The position numbers and the translations under genes are program-made. Of a stretch of DNA of 44,075 bases, positions 8,600 through 15,671 are shown one piece after another. Origin of the DNA: Fidelibacterota bacterium (GTDB taxonomy: Bacteria > Fidelibacterota > Marinisomatia > Marinisomatales > TCS55); NCBI GenBank assembly GCA_036163755.1, contig JAYZKF010000057.1:1-44075 (forward strand). Direction: 5' to 3'. Under the pieces are notes generated by a model, which was not told where the DNA came from, ran no database searches, and was given only the letters and a program-made list of their open reading frames with translations. Each line of letters begins with the position of its first letter. Position 1 is the stretch's first letter.

Positions 8600-9118
8600 A
8601 TGAAGATATTAGCCATTCTATTGGTTGTCTTTTTTGTTGGAGGTTTAGCTCTTGTTTTTGCTAATAACCAATCAGTGCAATTGAATGTTGGTGACATTGC
8701 TCCAGATTTTTCATTAAAAGACCAAGATGGTAAGGTTAGAAAATTATCTGATTATACTGGTGAACGTCTTATCGTTTATTTTTTTCCTAAAGCGGATACC
8801 CCTGGATGAACAAAAGAAGCTTGCGGGTTCCGCGACATTTATGGAGAATATAAGAGAGCAAAAATAAAAGTTCTTGGAATAAGTTATGATTCGCCAAGAG
8901 CGTTAAAAAAGTTTAAGAAAAAATATAGATTACCTTTTCATTTCTTATCAGACTATAAGAAAGAAGTAGCTCCAAAATATGGAGCTGCAAGTATAGCCTG
9001 GCCAAAAAGGATGACTTTTATAATTGATAAGGATGGTAGAATTGAAAAAATTTATAATAAAGTAAATGTTAATACTCATGCGGAAAAAATATTAGATGAC
9101 TTACTTGGTAAAAAATAA
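8600..9118 (+). CDS. bcp: Thiol peroxidase Bcp/PrxQ-type peroxiredoxin with in-frame TGA (8807-8809) read as selenocysteine. The protein is predicted to be exported or membrane-anchored.
   Basis: The track ORF ends at ...FFPKADTPG-TGA. The same frame stays open for 102 further sense codons (TKEACGFRDIYGEY...GISYDSP...LPFHFLSDY...RMTFIIDKDGRIEKIY...) and ends at TAA 9116-9118. The joined sequence FFPKADTPG-U-TKEACGFRD matches the Bcp active site FYPKAxTPGCTxxACxxRD. The start is ATG 8600 (MKILAILLVVFF...) or TTG 8591. Confidence 0.8.
8816..8840 (+). promoter_or_regulatory. Candidate bacterial SECIS hairpin downstream of the recoded UGA
   Basis: The core UUGCGG-GUU-CCGCGA (8821-8835) forms 6 bp including one G.U pair. 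It can be extended with bulges by GAAG (8816-8819) and CAUUU (8836-8840). The stem begins 12 nt after the UGA. Confidence 0.4.
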
Positions 9119-11462
9119 TAGATCATTATTTATTATTCCTTTTCTTTTAATCAATCTGATTTACTCTCAGACTAATTCAAACCAAATATTTGGTTTTATT
9201 ACTGATAGTAAATCTGGTGAAGCGTTAATTGGTGCGAACGTATTTATTCAAGAGAATGGAAAGGGAATGGCAACAGATATAAATGGATATTATGTTATTT
9301 CAGGGATTGAAATGGCGGAGGCCACCTTGGTGGCTTCATATGTTGGTTACAAAAGATTTGAAAAGAAAATAAATTTTGAGAATGATAATCCAAATAAATC
9401 TATTAATCTTAATATTTCAATGGAAGTTCAAGCTCTTGAGATTCTTCAGATTGATGTTACCGCAGAGGAGATTGAAAGATTGAATAAAATTGAACCAAGC
9501 CGCATAAACCTTTCCCCGAGGATGCTAAAAGCTCAACCGGCTCTTGCTGAGCCTGATATATTTAGAACCATTCAATCCTTACCAGGTGTCCTGACAAATT
9601 CAGAATTAAGTACAGGATTAATTATTCGTGGAGGAAATACTGATCAGAACTTGATTTTATTAGATGGAATCACTGTTTATAACCCTTCTCATATGGGAGG
9701 TATTTTTTCAAACTTTATTGTTGATGCCGTCAAAGATGCAGAATTAATTAAGGGAGGATACAATGCGGAGTATGGTGGTAGACTTTCTGCAGTATTAGAC
9801 ATTACTAGTAGAGAGGGTAATAGAAACGAATTTGAAGGGAAAGCCAGCGTTTCATTATTATCTGCGCAAACAACAATGGAAGGACCTTTTTTGAATGGTG
9901 CTTGGCTTTTTTCGGGAAGACGAACTTATTTTGATTTATTATTACCCAAGGTATTACCTAAAGAAACAGCTGATAATATACCTCCATATTATTTTTACGA
10001 TTTACAGGGTCATGTATTTACTGACTTAAATGAAAAAGATCGTATCTCATTTAGTTTTTATAATGGAATAGATGATTTTTCATTTAATGATCTAGACCTA
10101 ACAGCATATTGGGGCAATCAGACAGGGAGTTTTTCATATAGACGCGTATTTGCTGAAAAATTAATTGGGAATTTTCTATTGGCAAAAAGTCGTTTTTTTA
10201 CTCGTTTTAGTTTAGGTGGTGACTTTGGACTTAACAGTGAAAATTATATTGATGATATAACCGCTTCTGGAGATCTCTCTTATTTTTCAAGTGAGAATTT
10301 TAATGTATTTTTTGGTGGGCAGCTCAAAAACTATTCGATTAATTATGAAAGTTCTTTTGGAGATAGTTCTACTTTTGGTCTTCCAAATAAAGCCACTGAG
10401 ACATCATTATATACAAAAGTTAAATGGAAGCCAAATAGAAAAATAATTATTGAACCCGGTATTCGATTAAATACGTTTACTGCTCATGAAAAACCTTTAT
10501 ATCCAGATTTCCGATTAGGTGCTAAATATATAATTAATCCTTCTCAATTTATAAATATGGCTATAGGCAACTATCATCAATTCATAGAGACATTTCAGGA
10601 TGATTTTAATCCACCCTTTTTAGATAATTGGGTTGCTATTGATAATTCTGTTGATCCCGCTATGTCAACTCAATTTGTTTTAGGTTATGAGCAGTACATT
10701 GGATCAAGCTATAAATTCCAAGTAGAGGGATATTACAAGGATATAAGTAATCTACTGACTTTTGAAGATCCTACAGCATCGACAGATGGAGATATTCCGT
10801 CAGAAAAATTATCTGATATTTTGACAAAAGCAGATGGATATGCATATGGCCTTGAACTTTTTGGCCAAAAAACTGCTGGAAAACTTTCTGGTTGGGTAGC
10901 ATATACTTGGTCAGTTAGTCGAAAAAAAATGAATGGGATGGAATATTTTACTAATTGGGATCGTAGCCATGTCTTAAATATCCTTGGCAGTTATCAAGCT
11001 AATGAAAAATATGAGTTAAACTGGAAATGGACTTTACAATCAGGTCAGGCACATACACCTATCAATGGTTACTTCATTGAAAATTTACCGGGTGACCCTG
11101 AATTTAGATATCGAACTATTCCTGGGACACGTAACGGAGGGAGATATCCACCTTACCACCGTTTAGATATTGGAATGGTAAGACATTCAAAAATAAAAAA
11201 CACAAAATTCGATCTTTATTTCCAAATAATTAACTCATATAACCGAAAAAATATTTTCAGATATGGATATAGTCTTGGTAGTGTATATAATGGCATAGAT
11301 GATGATGGTGATTGGGAAGAAAAAAAACATGATAAAAACGGGAATAAACGTCCTGATATAGGAGAAACAAATGTAGATGAGCCTGATGAAGGTCGGATAC
11401 AAAGACAGGATATAAATCTTTTTCCAATTATTCCAACTATAGGTATTACTTTTGAATTTTAA
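9096..11462 (+). CDS. TonB-dependent receptor with an N-terminal CarboxypepD_reg-like domain
   Basis: Signal peptide, then IFGFITDSKSGEALIGANVFI...TDINGYYVISGI (carboxypeptidase-regulatory-like fold). A plug region follows (PGVLTNSELSTGLIIRGG, ILLDGITVYNP), then a beta-barrel ending in a C-terminal Phe (ITFEF). The start overlaps the bcp 3' end by 23 nt. Confidence 0.85.
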   Translation: MTYLVKNNRSLFIIPFLLINLIYSQTNSNQIFGFITDSKSGEALIGANVFIQENGKGMATDINGYYVISGIEMAEATLVASYVGYKRFEKKINFENDNPNKSINLNISMEVQALEILQIDVTAEEIERLNKIEPSRINLSPRMLKAQPALAEPDIFRTIQSLPGVLTNSELSTGLIIRGGNTDQNLILLDGITVYNPSHMGGIFSNFIVDAVKDAELIKGGYNAEYGGRLSAVLDITSREGNRNEFEGKASVSLLSAQTTMEGPFLNGAWLFSGRRTYFDLLLPKVLPKETADNIPPYYFYDLQGHVFTDLNEKDRISFSFYNGIDDFSFNDLDLTAYWGNQTGSFSYRRVFAEKLIGNFLLAKSRFFTRFSLGGDFGLNSENYIDDITASGDLSYFSSENFNVFFGGQLKNYSINYESSFGDSSTFGLPNKATETSLYTKVKWKPNRKIIIEPGIRLNTFTAHEKPLYPDFRLGAKYIINPSQFINMAIGNYHQFIETFQDDFNPPFLDNWVAIDNSVDPAMSTQFVLGYEQYIGSSYKFQVEGYYKDISNLLTFEDPTASTDGDIPSEKLSDILTKADGYAYGLELFGQKTAGKLSGWVAYTWSVSRKKMNGMEYFTNWDRSHVLNILGSYQANEKYELNWKWTLQSGQAHTPINGYFIENLPGDPEFRYRTIPGTRNGGRYPPYHRLDIGMVRHSKIKNTKFDLYFQIINSYNRKNIFRYGYSLGSVYNGIDDDGDWEEKKHDKNGNKRPDIGETNVDEPDEGRIQRQDINLFPIIPTIGITFEF

Positions 11463-12483
11463 GTATTTAAATAAATTAATTGCTTTTTCAGGTCTGATTT
11501 TTTTTGGATGTGACTTCCAAGATATCGATTCGCCATATCAAGAACAAATTTCAGTATATGCTAACCTTCAAGCAAATCTACCTATGATTGATACAGTTTA
11601 TGTATCTCGAACTGCAGAAATAGGTGAAGAAGTTGATGCTGAGCAGCTTTGGATTTCTAATGCAGTAGTAAAGATTTCTGATGGTGAGAAAATAGAAATA
11701 GCATCTCCAGTTTTGGGAAAGCCGGGTCGCTATCTAACGCGAAAAGATTACATTTATAAACCTGGAACAAAATATTTTTTGACTGTCGAAGTGGATGGTC
11801 AAAAACTAACAGCTGAAACTACTACGCCAGAAAAAATGGTGATTCAATCGGTCAAAGATGCATCATATAGGTGTAAGGGTGAATCAATCCCTGTTGCCCA
11901 TATCAATACAAATAATATCTCATTTACTGAATCCGGAATTGTACCAACAGGCCAAATTGATACTGTTAGATATCGATCTGGTGAATGTTTTACCGAAAGT
12001 TTTGCATCCTATCCATTTTTTGAGATTGATTTTAATGCGGAAGATTATTCAACTGTTCGAATTTTAACACAAGCACTTGAAGATAAAACATGGGGGCTAG
12101 AGCCTGAAGATTTGGATTATAATAGTAATGGATTAAGAGATAGTACCTACATCAATCTTATTTATGATACAACTCGGGTTTATAATATTTGGAAAGGACC
12201 CTATTATCGAGATGAGAAAAACAACCCTTATAGGCAGAATCCATTTGTTTGGACAGTAGAAACCTCGCCTGTTAATATGAGTTGGTTATTTTTTAATTAT
12301 TATGGATTACAACTGATTACCTTTCAAGCAACTGACAATAATTATTTTGAATATCTTAAAGGTGATCCTTTAGGGCAAAATATTTATACATTACCTAATT
12401 CAAATATTAATGGAGGATATGGATTGTTTTCATCTACTTACGCAAGTCACTTTTTAGTGTATTTAAAACCAGAAGAAAAATGA
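11452..12483 (+). CDS. DUF4249-like lipoprotein (usual partner of CarboxypepD_reg-type TonB receptors)
   Basis: TTG start overlapping the receptor stop. Lipobox LIFFGC. The size (343 aa) and the position immediately after the receptor are typical of DUF4249 genes. The family call is from context and general resemblance, not a strict motif. Confidence 0.55.
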   Translation: MNFKYLNKLIAFSGLIFFGCDFQDIDSPYQEQISVYANLQANLPMIDTVYVSRTAEIGEEVDAEQLWISNAVVKISDGEKIEIASPVLGKPGRYLTRKDYIYKPGTKYFLTVEVDGQKLTAETTTPEKMVIQSVKDASYRCKGESIPVAHINTNNISFTESGIVPTGQIDTVRYRSGECFTESFASYPFFEIDFNAEDYSTVRILTQALEDKTWGLEPEDLDYNSNGLRDSTYINLIYDTTRVYNIWKGPYYRDEKNNPYRQNPFVWTVETSPVNMSWLFFNYYGLQLITFQATDNNYFEYLKGDPLGQNIYTLPNSNINGGYGLFSSTYASHFLVYLKPEEK

Positions 12484-13580
12484 AAAAAATAATTTTTCTA
12501 ATTTTTGTTATTGGATGCAGTAATAACGAAACCAAGAATGCTAATGGCTACAATACTAATAATGTAGTATTAATTACGCTGGACGGTGTTAGATGGGAAG
12601 AAATTTTTAGTGGTGCTGATCCGAATATTATTAGTAATAAAAAGCTCGTTTCTGATATTTTAAAAACAAATGAAACTTATTGGGATGATGATGAAGATGT
12701 GCGTCGAAAGAAGTTACTGCCATTCCTTTGGGGAACGATTTTTCACGAAGGTCAGATCTATGGAAACAGATTAAAACAGAGCAACATGGAATTAACTAAC
12801 CCCTATTTTTTTTCTTATCCTGGCTACAATGAATTACTTACTGGCTTTAACGATGATAGCGTTAATAGTAATGATAAAAAATATAATCCTAATATAAATG
12901 TTTTAGAGTTTATAAATAATCAAGATGGATTTAATAATAAAGTAGCAGCATTTGCCTCTTGGGATGTTTTTGATTGGATAATTAATAATGAACGTAACTC
13001 ATTTACCATTAACTCCGGTGCATACCCTTTAAATGATAGTCCACTTACAGTTAAACAAAAATGGATGAATTCATTCATTTCTGAGATGCCTTATCCTGGT
13101 TATGGTCGTGGGGTAAGATGGGATGCTCTTACATATGAATATGCTTTTGAATATTTAAAATTAAATAAGCCTAGATTTTTATATATAGCATTTGATGAGA
13201 CTGATGAATTTGCTCACGATATCAAGTATGATAATTATCTTTATGCAATTAAGCGTTTGGACAATTATATAGAGAATTTATGGCTTTGGTTGCAATCTCA
13301 AGATAATTATAAAAATAAAACAACTTTGATTATTACAACAGATCACGGTCGAGGGAAATATTTAAATGATAAATGGGGAAGCCATGGGGCAAGTGTTCCC
13401 AATGCAAAAAATGTATGGGCTGCAATCATTGGGCCCGATACGCAATCAAAGGGTGAAATAACAAATTCTAAAACAATTTATACAAATCAAATTGCAGCAA
13501 CTATTTCCTCTCTATTAGGATTTGACTATAAAACTAATCGAGCGCACGGTTCAGTTGTTAAGGGAATGATTACAAATTAG
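12480..13580 (+). CDS. Alkaline-phosphatase-superfamily metalloenzyme (phosphodiesterase/nucleotide-pyrophosphatase-like), lipoprotein
   Basis: Lipobox VIGCSN. VVLITLDGVRWEEIF is the metal/nucleophile region and ITTDHGRG is the distal metal site. The ATGA overlap couples it to the DUF4249 gene. Confidence 0.6.
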   Translation: MKKIIFLIFVIGCSNNETKNANGYNTNNVVLITLDGVRWEEIFSGADPNIISNKKLVSDILKTNETYWDDDEDVRRKKLLPFLWGTIFHEGQIYGNRLKQSNMELTNPYFFSYPGYNELLTGFNDDSVNSNDKKYNPNINVLEFINNQDGFNNKVAAFASWDVFDWIINNERNSFTINSGAYPLNDSPLTVKQKWMNSFISEMPYPGYGRGVRWDALTYEYAFEYLKLNKPRFLYIAFDETDEFAHDIKYDNYLYAIKRLDNYIENLWLWLQSQDNYKNKTTLIITTDHGRGKYLNDKWGSHGASVPNAKNVWAAIIGPDTQSKGEITNSKTIYTNQIAATISSLLGFDYKTNRAHGSVVKGMITN

Positions 13581-14018
13581 TTAAGGTGTTCCAACTCCAT
13601 AAATCCATACTAAAGTTCCACCTAAGTAAGATGTAAAAAAGACAAGCCCTACAAATAAAAATAAAAACGCCAAAATCAGTTTATCAATTCGTTTATCATC
13701 CTTGTAATTAAAAAACATATATACCCAGGTAATAAAAAATACTATTGATCCCCAAGTTATAATATTGCCAATTATTTCATGTAATTTCATTAAATCTAAG
13801 ATTTCAGATGAGTAACCTTTTTCACCGGCTTTAATTAATTCCTTTTCCCCTGATATAGATGCAAAGATAGAAAAGATAGTTGATAATCCAACTAGCCATA
13901 GACTAATAACGCGAGAAATCCAATTAGGTTTGAATAGGTAAACTGAATGAAAAATCAATGCACCAAAAAGAAATGCGATTGGGAAATGAACAAAGAATGG
14001 ATGAAAAGGCAAATTCAT
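13581..14018 (-). CDS. DUF2231-like integral membrane protein
   Basis: N-terminal HPFFVHFPIAFLFGA signature and four hydrophobic segments. Length 145 aa. Confidence 0.6.
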   Translation of the reverse strand: MNLPFHPFFVHFPIAFLFGALIFHSVYLFKPNWISRVISLWLVGLSTIFSIFASISGEKELIKAGEKGYSSEILDLMKLHEIIGNIITWGSIVFFITWVYMFFNYKDDKRIDKLILAFLFLFVGLVFFTSYLGGTLVWIYGVGTP

Positions 14019-14053
14019 TACCTATACAGAAGATTTATTTCCAAAAAAAGTTG

Positions 14054-14125
14054 TAGCCCGTAGGGGAATCGAACCCCTGTTGCAGGAATGAAAATCCTGA
14101 GTCCTAACCACTAGACGAACGGGCC
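14054..14125 (-). tRNA. tRNA-Glu (anticodon UUC)
   Basis: The reverse complement is GGCCCGT-TC-GTCT-AGTGGTTA-GGAC-T-CAGGA-TTTTCAT-TCCTG-CAAC-AGGGG-TTCGATT-CCCCT-ACGGGCT-A. It folds as a cloverleaf with a GTTCGATT T-loop. The anticodon-loop centre is TTC. CCA is not encoded, and pair 1-72 is G.U. Confidence 0.9.
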
Positions 14126-14161
14126 AACATATTATATTTATATATATAAAGCGGTTGCGAA

Positions 14162-14189
14162 ATTATATTTCTTATTCACTAATCAGCAA
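14162..14189 (-). promoter_or_regulatory. Candidate sigma70-like promoter for tRNA-Glu (TTGCTG-16 nt-TATAAT)
   Basis: On the minus strand TTGCTG lies at 14189-14184 and TATAAT at 14167-14162, with a 16-nt spacer. This is about 35 nt upstream of the tRNA 5' end. In AT-rich DNA such matches arise easily by chance. Confidence 0.3.
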
Positions 14190-14199
14190 ACCTTATATA

Positions 14200-14514
14200 T
14201 TATTTATCCCCAACATCAAGGATATCAAGTAACTCACCATTTTGGTGTAATTCCATGGTTATATCTGCTCCTCCGATAAGTTTTCCATTAACAAAAAGTT
14301 GGGGAATTGTAGGCCAACCTGATTGTTCAGATAATCTTATTCTAATCTCAGGGTCTTCTAAGATATTTACATCTTTGTATTCAATTCCATAGTGGTTAAG
14401 AATTTGAACAACCTGATTAGAAAACCCGCACATTGGCATGTCTTTAGTACCTTTCATATATAGGATTATTGGGTTTTTTTCGATATCATTTTTTATTTGT
14501 TCTGATAGTTTCAT
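14200..14514 (-). CDS. grxD: Monothiol glutaredoxin (Grx4 family)
   Basis: CGFS active site (MCGFSNQVVQIL), WPTIPQLFVNGKLIGGAD. Length 104 aa. Confidence 0.9.
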   Translation of the reverse strand: MKLSEQIKNDIEKNPIILYMKGTKDMPMCGFSNQVVQILNHYGIEYKDVNILEDPEIRIRLSEQSGWPTIPQLFVNGKLIGGADITMELHQNGELLDILDVGDK

Positions 14515-14522
14515 TATATTTC

Positions 14523-14771
14523 CTAAGAGTTATTTTTTTCCCATTGTTCAGGTGAAAAAGTTTTTAATTGAAGTGCATGAATTTCTTTTGTCATATATTC
14601 ACCAACAGCTTTATAGACTTGCTTATGCTGATCTATCAATGATAGTCCTTCAAAAGATGAACTGATTACAACGGCACTAAAATGATCTTTAGTCCCCGTT
14701 GTATCTATCACCTCAATCTTCGCATCAGGTATACCTTTTGCTATTAATTCTTTTACTGATTCTGGTTCCAT
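14523..14771 (-). CDS. BolA-family protein
   Basis: 82 aa, with DHFSAVVISSSFEGLSLIDQHKQVY...IHALQLKT typical of BolA/IbaG. It lies immediately upstream of grxD, the classical BolA-Grx pairing. Confidence 0.8.
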   Translation of the reverse strand: MEPESVKELIAKGIPDAKIEVIDTTGTKDHFSAVVISSSFEGLSLIDQHKQVYKAVGEYMTKEIHALQLKTFSPEQWEKNNS

Positions 14772-14888
14772 CTATGCATTAAAATTAAGTATATAATTTA
14801 CTTCTTTGTATTTTTTCAAAACAAGATGGAATGAAATATGATTTTTTCATCAAGACCTACCTATTTCATGACTTAAATTTGTATTTAT

Positions 14889-15662
14889 ATGAAGTTATAT
14901 AGTTGGAACGTTAACGGTATTCGAGCTGCAGAAAGGAAAGGATTTCTAGATTGGTTGGATCAAACTCAACCTGACATCCTTTGTTTGCAAGAAACAAAAG
15001 CCCGTGTGGATCAATTAGGCAGTTCATTAATTGAAGATCATGGTTATCATACTTATTGGCATTCAGCAGATAAAGCAGGCTATAGTGGAGTTGCTACTTT
15101 TTGTAAGGAAGAACCTTATTTTGTTCAAGAAGGATTAGGGATTGATCGGTTTGATTCTGAAGGCCGTGTACTAATTACTGAGCATGAAAATTTTTTACTT
15201 TACAATATTTATTTTCCTAATGGACAAAAAGATGATATACGACTTAATTACAAGTTAGATTTTTATGATGAGTTACTACCTATTGTAAATGATCAAGTAG
15301 AAAATGGTAACAATGTAATTATAACTGGCGATTGGAATACCGCACATCATCCTATTGATTTAGCGCGCCCTAAAGAAAATGAAAAAACTTCTGGATTTAT
15401 GCCCATAGAACGTGAGAGGATAGATACTTACATTTCTCATGGTTGGGTTGATACTTTTCGTCATTTCCATGCTGAATCTGATCGTTATACTTGGTGGACA
15501 TATAGATTTGGTGCTAGAGAAAGGAATATTGGCTGGAGGATAGATTATTTTTTTGTTAATGAAACATTAGTAGAACAATTAGATGATGCGGAAATTCATC
15601 CTGATATTATGGGCTCAGATCATTGTCCGGTTTCATTAACATTAAAAAAAGATAGCTTATAG
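14889..15662 (+). CDS. xth: Exodeoxyribonuclease III
   Basis: SWNVNGIRA, LCLQETK, GDWNTAH and SDHCPV, all EEP-family AP-endonuclease motifs. Length 257 aa. Confidence 0.9.
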   Translation: MKLYSWNVNGIRAAERKGFLDWLDQTQPDILCLQETKARVDQLGSSLIEDHGYHTYWHSADKAGYSGVATFCKEEPYFVQEGLGIDRFDSEGRVLITEHENFLLYNIYFPNGQKDDIRLNYKLDFYDELLPIVNDQVENGNNVIITGDWNTAHHPIDLARPKENEKTSGFMPIERERIDTYISHGWVDTFRHFHAESDRYTWWTYRFGARERNIGWRIDYFFVNETLVEQLDDAEIHPDIMGSDHCPVSLTLKKDSL

Positions 15663-15671
15663 AAAATATTA

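Noticed and set aside
8591-8809. The track's 72-aa ORF taken at face value. That would make it a small stand-alone gene, a bcp pseudogene with a nonsense mutation, or evidence for a TGA-reassigned genetic code.
   Set aside because: The downstream frame is open for 102 further sense codons and encodes the rest of a well-conserved Bcp. The TGA aligns exactly with the catalytic Cys, which is the classic Cys/Sec position. Other genes in the window terminate normally at TGA (888-890, 2442-2444, 31398-31400), so code 4/25 is unlikely. A sequencing error (TGC/TGT read as TGA) cannot be excluded from the sequence alone.
8810-9095. An apparent 286-bp non-coding gap upstream of the TonB receptor, which could have been a riboswitch or leader (for example cobalamin).
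   Set aside because: The region is fully accounted for by the 3' part of the Sec-recoded bcp gene. I saw no conserved riboswitch core (for example a B12 box).
11858-12067. 69-aa same-strand ORF in an alternative frame.
   Set aside because: It is nested within the DUF4249-like gene, and nothing supports dual coding.
14054-14125. Whether this tRNA could be selC (tRNA-Sec), supporting the Sec finding.
   Set aside because: Its anticodon is UUC rather than UCA. It has a normal 7-bp acceptor stem, a 4-nt variable loop and a length of 72 nt, so it is a standard tRNA-Glu.
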